64,000 nt of DNA from Eledone cirrhosa (taxonomy: Eukaryota), in NCBI GenBank assembly GCA_964016885.1, contig OZ024749.1:27714001-27778000 (forward strand), written 5' to 3'. Shown in pieces: positions 15,901 to 28,100 of the stretch (positions are counted from its first letter, which is position 1; each line of letters starts with the position of its first letter). Both the position numbers and the translations under genes were made by a program. Below the pieces are notes generated by a model. That model was given only the letters and a program-made list of their open reading frames with translations. It made no database searches and had not been told where the DNA came from.

Positions 15901-18900
15901 CACTCCACACCACCACCACTATACAATACAACAGTGTACACCTCACCATACCACCACTACAGACCATACTACAGCACCACTCCACACCACCACCACTGTA
16001 CAATACAACAGTGTACACCTCACCATACCACCACTACATACCATACTACAGCACCACTCCACACCACCACCACTATACAATACAACAGTGTACCCCTCAC
16101 CATACCACCACACCAGAGCCCCACTACATACCATACTACAGCACCACTCCACACCACCACCACTGTACAATACAACAGTGAACACCTCACCATACCACCA
16201 CTACATACCATACTACAGCACCACTCCACACCACCACCACTGTACAATACAACAGTGTACCCCTCACCATACCACCACACCAGAGCCCTACTACATACCA
16301 TACTACAGCACCACTCCACACCACCACCACTATACAATAATGCACCATGAAGATAGCAGCACTACATACCTTAACGTATGCCTCAAGAATATCTTCTTTA
16401 CCAACATTGTTAACTTCAGAGACAATGTGTATAAGAACCCTGCAAAACATGAAAGCTTTATTTATATATATGCAAAAAAGTAAACGGAAACAACAAAGCA
16501 AACAACACAGTACAATGAAGACATATATTAGTTTAATGCTTGATATAGTTGGAAAAGAGTCTGAACATTTCAGACACTGGTCCTTCTTCAGAAGATAGAA
16601 TGAAAAATAAAAGTTGAGATGGAAAGATAGAGTGAGAAGAGGAAGAAATGAAAATATATATATGTATATACAATATATTAACAAATGGAAACTATATTTA
16701 TAAAACCATATTTATTTCATTATACATATTTCAAGGACACCAAGTCAAATTATGGTGCGCTTTCATCAGATAAAATATAATATAGATCAGTTTTATGAAT
16801 AAATATTGGAATACCCTTAAAAGAATGCGACCATTTCTGTTGGAAGCTCCCGGATATATGTATATATTTTTTCTCGTGAGTCAGTTCTTTCGTTGCTACG
16901 GACCCCGCGGCTGAACTACCAGTCACTATCTTCAATTTGCAAAGCCCCTTAAACTGTATGTTATTACTCTGAGATTTTATACCTTGTCGAGTGCTTGGCT
17001 GCACTGCTGAATGCATTTGTTGGCTTAGCTGTGGCTTGAGCTTCGAATATGCTGTACTTCCATTTTTCATTTTGTAAAAAAAACCTCACTTTCTAATATA
17101 TATATATATATATATATATTATAAAACTCCACAGAAACATGATTCTAATTTAATATTGAACACCATATATATCTTATTAGCACAGATAAAAAGTTTAAGC
17201 AAACAATTTCTACTTTCACCCAGAAGCGGGATCTTCTGAAACTGAGAAATATCAATTAGGGTGAAAGCAGATATTGTTTGCCTAAACTTTTCATCTGTGC
17301 TAACAATAAATATTTGCTCTATGGGTTTATATATACTTATATATATATATATATATATATATTTATACAACCCTTATGGAGTCCTCTCTGGATTTTGGAC
17401 TATATGTATATATATATATATAGAAATATATGAGCTTACCTGGCAGCATTCATAGCTATGTCTTCATTGTGTGTCCTGGCAATTAGTCGGAACAGTTGGT
17501 TGAGAATGGTAGGTAGGAAGTTGATGAAGGTGCTCACCTCAACGGCATGAAGGGACTGTAATAGACAGACACACAGATTAGTGCTAGATCTGATAAAATA
17601 TGATACATACAATAACACTAATGACTAGGATCGTGATGATGGTGGTGGTGTTAGTCATGATGATGATGATGATAATGGTTGTAACAATGATGATGATGAT
17701 GATAATGGTCTTGGTAGTGCTTTGGTTGAGTTTATTATAGTAGTAAACTGGTCTGATGTAGAAAGTGGAGCAGACAGTGGGAAGTGCATCTGGACAAACA
17801 AGGGGTCAAGAGAAGGAAGTAGTGTGGATGGGGGTAGGGGTGGTTAGTGGTTAGGAATGAAGTAGGAGGAGAAGGGGCAGTGTAAATTCCAAGATTTAAT
17901 TAAAAAACAACCACAAAATATGATCACTATAGTATTTGAAGTCTTTTATTGGTGCCTTTGACCAGGAGAGGGATGGCCTCCAACAGGCTTAAAATGCCCC
18001 CCAAAACACTATGTTACTACAGTGCCCCTATAAACCTATCAGGAGTTACAGGTTCATATCATTTGTATTGTATTGTGGCAGCAGCACTAGCGTGCCTTGT
18101 CTCCTCCAACACTGAAGAGTATTCTCTACTTTACATTGTCTCCATTATTCCAAGGTAAACATGACAGAGTGTGAATAGAGGAGTGGGAATGGGAAAAGAG
18201 TATTATTATGTGTGATTGGGGGGGAGGGGGATAGAGTAACAGGGCAGTAGGAGAAGGAGAAATGGAAGTGAAAGAGTGATAAGTACATGATGGTCGTTGG
18301 TAATGAGATTGAATAGAAACTCCCCCAACATGAGCAGTGTAATGAGATAGCAATAACGATCGTGATGGTGAGTGTGGTAGATGTTAATGAAGAGTCATAT
18401 AGAGGAGATAAAATGATAGATTGTGGTAGAGAAGGGAGTAAGTAAGGGGTACTGAATTATATATGTAAATAGGGGGTACTGAATTATATATATATGAAAC
18501 AAACAAACAAAAGCAAGCAAGCAAAATAAGCAGCGATACTTAGCCAATCTTCCCCAGTTCATCTTAACAACAATAACATCACTTGATTCCCCCACCTAAA
18601 CACCTACATGAGCTACAAGATATTCCCCCACCAAAACACCTACATGAGTTGCAAGAAAGCCACCCATTTTAACTGGTTTATAAAAGAACAATTTATGTTA
18701 GAAATACTATCTTAATAATTGAAAGAATTTTAGTAAATTCCTCCAATTTCTTCAGTAATAAATTAAAATACATTGCACTTTAACCCTCTAGCATTTAAAC
18801 TGGCCGTATCCAGCCAGAATTCTCTCACCTTTTTTCTGTTCAAACCGGTCACTCATACTGATGTTAAAATATTGTTCTCAAAATAAATAATATCAAAATC

Positions 18901-21615
18901 TCAGATTCAATATTATATGAGATAATTATGTGAGGTAAAGCCTTTACTGTGAAAATATAATAGTAAATAGAGAGCAATGTAGATGCTAAAGGGTTATATG
19001 TATTCGTGAGTTTTATATAGAATAATAATAATAATATTCGATTCATTTACAAGCAAACAACCTCATTATGCTATGTTTTTTTAGATGACCATCATCTTTT
19101 TGTTCTAACATTGTATTTTATTATAGATACAGTAATGAAAGATTTATATAAAAGGGATCTTTGGTAGTGAAAAGGAAGGGAACCATAGGTTTATGTGAAG
19201 ATATCTCATCAATGTGGTAAGCTGAAAAGCAAAACTGAAAGCATAAATGTAAGTCTGCAATAAAGAAAAAACAGAAGATCAAGAAAACAAACTCCAGTTA
19301 TACCCTCACTGAGTCTCAATAACTGAAGTATGAGATCTTCAGTATAAAAGACACACGTATTGATCTACCACAACAAAATACTCTCCAAACAAGCAATTCA
19401 TGCAGTAAAGTTAGCAAAGAAAAATATTCTAGGAGTAAAGCAACTCATGTGAAACAAGGAAAAAACCCCTCAACTCAACAAATAATCATTGTTGTAATAG
19501 GGATCAGGTTTAACTACACAATAATTAGTGATACTTATAGATAGTATGGAAATTTAACTCAATAATCAACTTTACTAAGAGTCGGGTTTAACTGCAGGAC
19601 AATTAATACTATTTTATAGTACGGTAATTTGACCCAATAATCAGTTTTAATAGGGATCAGGTTTATCTACAGGACAATGCTATTTTATAGATAGCATGGT
19701 AATTTGACCCAATAATAATTGTCTTTATAGAGGCCAGGTTTAACTAAAAAACAATTAATGATGTTATATAGATAATGTAGTAATTTGATCAACTAATCAG
19801 CCTTCCTCAGGACGAGGTCTGATGTTATATAGATATTATGTTAATTTGACCCACTAATCAGTGTTAATAGGAAACAGGTTTAACTACAAGACAATTTGTT
19901 GTTATATACATAGTGTTAATTTGAACAAAGAAACATTGTCTTCACATGGACCAGGTTTAACTACAAGACAATTTGTTATGTTATATAGTGTTAATTTGAA
20001 CAAAGAAACATTGTCTTCACATGGACCAGGTTTAACTACAAGACAATTTGTTATGTTATATACATAGAGTGTTAATATAACCAAAGAAACATTGTCTTCA
20101 CATGGACCAGGTTTAACTACAAGACAATTGGTGATGTTTTATATATAGAGTGTTGAGATTAATATTATATAATTCTATTTCTACGTTTCCACACTTTTAT
20201 ATACACATTACAGTCTTACATTGACAGATATATCACAATTGACTTTATTACAGTCCTTTACCGAGATATATCATAAGTGACATTGTACTGTCATATATTG
20301 ATAAAATATATCACAACTGTCTATCATTACACAGTCTTAGATGGACAAGACATATCACTAAGATATATCACAACAGTGTCATTACAGTCTTAGATGGACA
20401 AAACATATCACTAAGATATATCACAACTGTGTCACTACAGTCTTAGATGGACAAGACATATCACTAAGATATATCATAACTGTGTGATTACACAGTCTTA
20501 GATGGACAAGACATATCACTAAGATATATCACAACTGTGTGATTACACAGTCTTAGATGGACAAAACATATCACTAAGATATATCACAACAGACTGTCAT
20601 TATACACATAACAGTCATGTATTCATAACACAATTGTATTTCACAGGAATAAATATACAGAAAATGTTGTTCCGACTAATATAGGGTCAACTGGTTGCTA
20701 TGACAACAGGATTATTGGGTAATTAATTACAAATTAAAATTAAAAGCTACAACAACAACATAATGATGTCAAAACTAACAACTAGGAAATTAGCTAGGTA
20801 GGGTGTAGGAAGAGGGGAGATAGGGATGGAGGGAAGACAGGGGTGGAGAGAGATGGAGGGCGGAGAGAGAGGGAAGGGAGAATTATTTCATTACCGAAGG
20901 TTTCAAGAAACTAGATGATTCTTGCAAGAAAACATCCAGCTCGTTTGTCAGACAAGACAATTATTCATCGGTAATGAAATAATTATATTGTGTTATTGTT
21001 TTTTATCATCATCATCATCATCATCATTTAACGTCCCTGTTCCATGCTTGCATGGGTTTAGACGGGGGTTTTCCCACTTGAGGCAAGAGTGGTTGTCTTG
21101 CTCGCATAGGACTGTCTGGCGGGTTTTCTACAGCTGGATGCCCTTCCTAACACCAACCACATTTACAGTGTGGGGCTGGGAGGTTTTTACCGTGTTGCCT
21201 ACACGGTCACATTACAGCGTGGACTTTTTATATATATATATATATGACTAGGGGACTAGGAGGACAAGAAGGGAGGATGATAGGGGATGACTAGGGGGAG
21301 AGTGATGGGAGAACTAGGGAGGTTGAAGGGGGATTAGGGGGACTACAAGGGGGTGTGTGATGGGGACTACAACTATAATTCTACTGAGAGGGTTTGATCT
21401 AAAATATATATTTCTAATGATATAAACAGGAATGCAAGAAAGCTGTTGTAGAGGTCACAGTGGAACAGTGAAGAGGGCAACTGAGGTACATACAGGGACC
21501 ATGGAGCTGTTTTTTAGGCAGGGGTTAATAAAGACCCATGTACACACACACACACACACAATACAAATATATATATACATATGTGTATACACACACACAC
21601 ACACATACATATATG

Positions 21616-21650
<35 letters not shown>

Positions 21651-21706
21651 CATATATATATATATATGTGTGTGTATATATATATATATATATGTGTGTA
21701 TATATA

Positions 21707-21738
<32 letters not shown>

Positions 21739-21746
21739 CGTGTGTG

Positions 21747-21810
<64 letters not shown>

Positions 21811-22663
21811 TCCCAAAAGCAGTAAATAACTGTAACACCAGTCAATCACTATAAATAATGGCTGAAAAAAAAATTGGGCAAATTACCCTGAGGGAGATGT
21901 GGAAAGATTATGGAAGCTGTGACTCCATGGTCCCTGGCATGTAGTGTGAAATGAGTCAAGAAGGGAGTTAGTGAAAGAGGGAACACATACATAGTGTCTA
22001 TCAACTTACCTTTATGGCATTTAAATGGTGAGCAGGATCATCGGTTAGTCGCCCATTTTCAGGCTGGCCAAAGCACAAAATTGGAAGTTGGGTTTACAGA
22101 AATTCTAGTGTGGACAGACACGTCTTACCAATATAACGTCTAACACTATATACATACATACATACACATATATATATATATACAGGGTGTCCCCTCCCCC
22201 AAAAAAATAAATACACACTTTGATAACCTGTACAGGCAATATTTATTAGAATGCTTTTTGAAGTGTGTATACATTTTTTTGGGGACACCCTCAATGTTTA
22301 TATATATATATATATGTGTGTGTGTACATGTATGTGTGTACATGTATGTGTGTATGTATGGGTAAGTGCATGTGTATATATATATATATGCATGCATATG
22401 TGCTTTATGTGTGTGTTTTGTACAGATGTGATTGTTATTCTCAAAGGTGTATGTGTGTATGTATGTATATGTGTGTATATATATATATATACATGTGTGT
22501 GTGCGTGTATGTATATGCATGTGTGTGTGTGTGCATGTTTGTGTGTGTATGTATGCATGTCTGTGTATGTGTGCATCTATCTGTGCAGATGTCTGTGTAT
22601 GTGTGTTATTATATGCATGTTTGTCTGCCTGTGTGTATATGTGTATATGTGTGTGTGTGTGTG

Positions 22664-22694
<31 letters not shown>

Positions 22695-25066
22695 ATATAT
22701 ATATGTCTGTGTGTGTTATGTGGACTACTATACTTAAAGGTAATGAGACCCGGGGTGGTTGCCAGTTCTGGAAAAATCTCGAAAGTTAGTTTGAACCGGT
22801 TCCAACTGGATCTCGACTGAGCGTCATCCATAGACTGATAGCAGTGGGAGAGCATAACAACATTATCAGGCAGGGGAATAGAAGGCTGGCATGCATGGTA
22901 ATACTGATATCAAGTATGGAAAATAGAATTAACAGCACAGTGATTGATATTGCATATTTTACAGGTGTAATACATAGTAACAATAGCAATAATAACAGCA
23001 ATAATGGTTCCTTATTTTGGCACAAGGCCAGCAATTTAAAGGAAAGGGGAAAAAAAAAAAAAAAAAAAAAAAATCGATTCGTAACTATTAATATATGATA
23101 CAAAGCATTTTGTCGGATGCTCTATCGATTCTGCCAATCCACAGTATTGATTTAGGTGCAAGACCAACAATTTTGGGGGAGGGGAAAACTCGATTACATC
23201 GACTCCAGTGCATTACTGGTACTTTATTTTATCGACCCCCAAAAGGATGAAAGGCAAAGCTAACCTCGGCGGGATTTGAACTCAGAATGTAAAAGGTCAT
23301 AAACTATGCTGCAAAGCATGGTGTCCGACGCTCTACCGCTCTGTCAATCCACCGCCCTAATAATAATAATATCAATAATGTGAAGACAAAGAAGAAGGAA
23401 GAGAAGAAGAAAGATGATAAGAAGGCATGAGAATGTTGAGAGAGAAAATGAAGGAGAAAGCAGTTACATATCTCTGTAAGATGACAAGTCACTAATAAAT
23501 TAAGAGCAAATAGTATGCAAGCTTTTCATTCTCATTAAAAGAAAGTTAGGATTATTATATATGAATATAAGATAAGTTATAATAGAAATCCTAACAGTTA
23601 ATAAGGTTCAAAGTAGAATATGTTTAGGCATTATATATATTAGTGCCAAGTGTTTCCGAAGAATAGATCAAGAAAAAAAAAGCACTCTACATAATGTACA
23701 GAGCCAATATATATCATATGAATAAGATCTCAACATAAATGTATGCTACCTAAAGAAACTTCAGATATAGAATGCCTATGTCCTATGTTGGTTGATGTTT
23801 GAAACCTTAGGTGGCATGCATTTGTGCTGAGATCATATTTGTATAATATACATACATATATACACATAGGTAGGATATATACATATAGCCAGCCATACAC
23901 AGGTAAGATATATAAATACAACCAGCCATACATAGGTAAAACATAAATATGATCAGCCATACATAGGTAGAATAGATAAATATGACCACACATACATAGG
24001 TAAGACATATATATATGACCAGTCATACATAAGCAAGATATCCAGATATGTTAAACAAGAAACCAAATAAGATGAACTCCTTACCTTTAGTTTATTACTG
24101 GTATCATTTTCTACAGTTGGGGAGAAATTATTTTCTAATTTTTGGCAATGTACAAAGAAGTTGTACAGATGTTGATCCTGAAAACAGAAAATATGTTTCA
24201 ATCATCATCATCATCATTTCCTTTATTATTTTTATTGCACATCATTACTGCTTTACCGAGCACAGCTCTGTGTGCTTTGGGTATGTGCAGTGTAGTTTTT
24301 GCTGATGTTGTTTCTATTGTATTGTTAGTACTTTTCGTAATATGTATGCAATGCCTAGTAGTGCTATCTTTTGTATGCTGTATATATTTGTAAGTCCTGG
24401 GGTTTTGGTTATGTATTTGAACTAAAACAACATTTATTTCATTTAGACACTATATCTGAATAACTGGTGAGATGGTCAACACTAACAACTTTACAGAGTA
24501 CACTGGGTGCATTTCATTGCAATAACATTAACATGTCTTTCATTAAGACACTATACCTGAATAACCAGTAAGATGGAGTACCTTTGAATGTACATCTAAT
24601 GGATTAGGCTTGACCAAGTGTTGACATAAAACAATGAAGAACAACTTTACCTTAGTGTATATTGTAGACTTCAATCTCAGGTTGACTTTTAGCAGCTCTT
24701 TCTTGCCATCTACCCACTTTATTTCAGGACACATTACCTGTAATAAGAAAAATAAAGATGATTGCAGGTGTAATATTTAGTATTGTATCATATATATGTA
24801 TGGAGAGAGGTGTTTCCTAAAGTGATGTAATCATAATTTATATATATATATATAAATTATGATTACATATATATATACACATCACAGTAAGTAAGGTACT
24901 CAATACATAGTAGCCATATAAATGGCTTCCACAGGACTAGAACTGTTTCATTCGAAGGAAATCATGAGGAAAGTCAACTCATTGTGACATGGAGATTTTT
25001 ATACGTTTTCTGGTGGTAGGGGAAGGTGTTGATTGGGATGGGTGGAGGTCATTGGCCAAGGGATTT

Positions 25067-25102
<36 letters not shown>

Positions 25103-28100
25103 ACATTCTTGAAAATGACTGCATCATAATGTTTTTACTGCAAATTTTCACCACAATCTGTCCACTAGTAATGATACTATAAAGACTTTGGGTTTGTGGT
25201 CACCACACTTGGGCAGCTTCTGGCTGTGGGTGAAAACTGACACAAATAAAAGTGGTTATTTAAATTGAGGCCGAAGGAAATTGTCCATAAAATAAAGGGC
25301 TGGGTCTGCCCACAATTTTTATATTTTGAAAATTATAAAATACATGTTGGGAAGCCCTGGTGTCGACAATACTCACCTTACCACTTGCTACCATGTCATG
25401 TGACAGATAACCAGCAGGGAGGTTGGCTGCAACAGGTAAAGGATCTGGGGTTTCTGAGACAAGCCTGCAAAGATGATGGAAGTTAAAAGTCAATTATTAA
25501 AGGACTTATAAACATTGCAATAATTCAAGGTTTTAACTACATTTGTCACTAACAGAAAAGAAAAGGTGTTAAAGGGTGGATGAACTACTCAGAGTCAATG
25601 GCCATCAATCCCCAACTATGGGTTAAATAACCTCACCAACATGCAGTTAGCCAAGCATGGTGAGTACAGCTACACCCCTGGAGACAAATAGAAAGCAGTG
25701 GAAGTCAACCAGGGAAGGATCCCTTCAACAGGAGTGAGAAGGCCCTGGATTGGATTTGTATGAGGGTGTGCTGAAAATGGTGGTTTTATTACAGGTTTGG
25801 TACCAAAAGAGATGGAATTAATGTTAAAATAAAATAAAATAAGTATATATATAAGTATAAAAAAGTGCTCAAGCAGAAATGCTATAAAGATAGCTTATCA
25901 GATAGAGTGAAGACCCAGCCTTAAAAGATGGCTGTCTTTTAAGGGTCTTCACCCTATTTTATAAGCTATCTTTTGCTGTCTTTTAAGGGTGGTAGTATTA
26001 GCAATTGGAAAGACCAATGGAAACATTGTTACCTCGGTCCGATTTGATTTGATATATAAACATAAAAACTCAGAATTAAAAGCCAAAAATTCAGCTTCAT
26101 ACATTGTTTGTAAAATAAAATAAAATGTAATTAAATTTAAAAGAAAGGTATCTCACTTTCCACCTCTCAACAGAGGCAGCCAAGCATAACCAATGGCAGT
26201 TTCAATGTTATCTTTCTTCTTTGAGGAGGCAGACGAGTTTCTGGGACTTGTCTTGGAAGACTCACAGCTGACATGGTAGAAACGAAACAACAGGTGATGC
26301 TTGTCATGTAACTGTGTCGGTAAATTAATTTTCACCTGTCGGAAAAAAAAGAGAAATAGACAATCAATAAACATTAACACACTGGTCAGAGTCACAGAAT
26401 GATACAACATGCGAGAGGGGGAGGATGAAGGTGTGATTAGGTGTGATATCGGAGGGGCAGGGACGGGGACGGGCATGTTTTCTGTGTAATAATATCAGAA
26501 GACAGGTGAAAGTATATTTTTTAATATGTGAGGGTCGGCTGAAAAGTTCCTGAGCTGATCAAGATACTCTCATGGAATGACCAAATGAGGTTTATTTTTT
26601 TAACATAGTCAAGATACTCTCATGGAATGACCAAATGAGGTTTATTTTTTAACATAGTCAAGATACTCTCATGGAATGACCAAATGAGGTTTATTTTTTA
26701 ACATAGTCCCTAGAAAGAAACAATTCAGTTATTAATAAGAAGAGTTGAAATTAATGCATGCAAGATTTAACAGTCCTAGCAGCACAAAAGTTCAGTCAGC
26801 CTATGAACTTTTCAGCTTACCTTTATATATATATATATGCAGGTAGGCTTATATATATGTGTGTGTGTGTTCGACTGACAAGATCCCAGACCTCACTCAC
26901 TTACCAACTCATCAAATTGGACAAAGGAAACAATGTTGCCATTGGTTTTTCCATTGCTGATAATATTTAATGATCACAACTCCTGCAGAACGAGCAACGT
27001 GAAATAAAGTGTCTTGCTCAAGGACATAACACATCGCCCGGTCTGGAAATCGAACTCGCAACCTCATGATTGTGAATCCAATGCTCTAATCAATCAGTGA
27101 AAGCATTAGAGAGGGTAATTATGGAGGTAAAGTGAAAGTAAGAAAGGTGAGGTCAAAATGTGGAGATGAAATAGAATGGAGTAAGGTGTGAAGGTCATGT
27201 TAGGAATAGCTAGAGAGAGAGTGAGAGAGAGAGATTAGGACTTACTTCTTCGGAAAACTCTGGGTAGTTGTTGTGGTGGAGGACAGTAGCACTGGCCACT
27301 GTGGTGAAGACAGACATTCCTGGACGTCCATATATACACTGTAATATAGAAAATATATAGTGAAAATCATGGCTGGAGTGTCAGGTGAAATGACATCTAT
27401 AGTGATTATATATATTCACTAAAATAGAAAATATATAGTGAATACAGTAGAAGACATTTGCCCTAAGTGAAGCCCTTAAACCCAGTGGTTTAGACTCTGA
27501 ACCAACACACTGGTTTGTCCCTTTCTTTACCATATTCTAACAAAACACACTGCCTATTTGTTTCAATTAATTTTGAAAAGAATCAAGAATTTCGAGGGAT
27601 TTAGTGAAGTACTTTCCCATTTTTAATTTGGGGGTTTGGAACATCAGAAGCAACCATCGCCAATTGATCCAGCTGGATCCCCAAGCAAGACCAACCAAGC
27701 TCATGGATGTTATTCAACCATCTTGCTCGGGGTCTACCCCAGGGTCTCCTGCTAGTTGGTTTTCACCTGTAAAATCTGTCCAACGATTCTTTCCTAGGTA
27801 TTCTAACTCCATGCCCATAATATCAGAGCTGTGATCTCTCAATTCAGAGAAGTAGCAACTCTACCTGGAGTGACTCTCTGATCTTCAAGCTACATATCTG
27901 TCCAGTGATTCTTTCCTTAGACATTCTAACCACATGTCTGTAATATCAGAGCTGAAATCTATCAATTTGGAGAAGTAGCAGTTCTACCTGGAGTAACTCT
28001 CTGATTTCTGAGCTACAAATCTGTCCAATGATTCTTTCTTAAGACATTCTAATCACATGTCTGTAATATCAGAATTGTAATCTATCAATTTGGAGAAGTA

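Noticed and set aside
3006-16339. CRISPR-like array
   Set aside because: No unique spacers, no cas genes, eukaryotic context.
3006-16339. Recursive splicing via AG|GT motifs in the satellite (GTGAG|GTGTAC)
   Set aside because: No polypyrimidine tract precedes the AG.
3007-16483. Three 4000+ aa plus-strand ORFs and many Val/Trp/Cys-rich minus-strand ORFs
   Set aside because: All are translations of the satellite. Units of 77, 80 and 83 bp shift frame freely, all three frames are open, and the array lies in a DOCK intron, so there is no sign of coding constraint.
21432-22855. [12 protein letters not shown] ORFs here and throughout the window
   Set aside because: Translations of (TA)n and (CA)n microsatellites.
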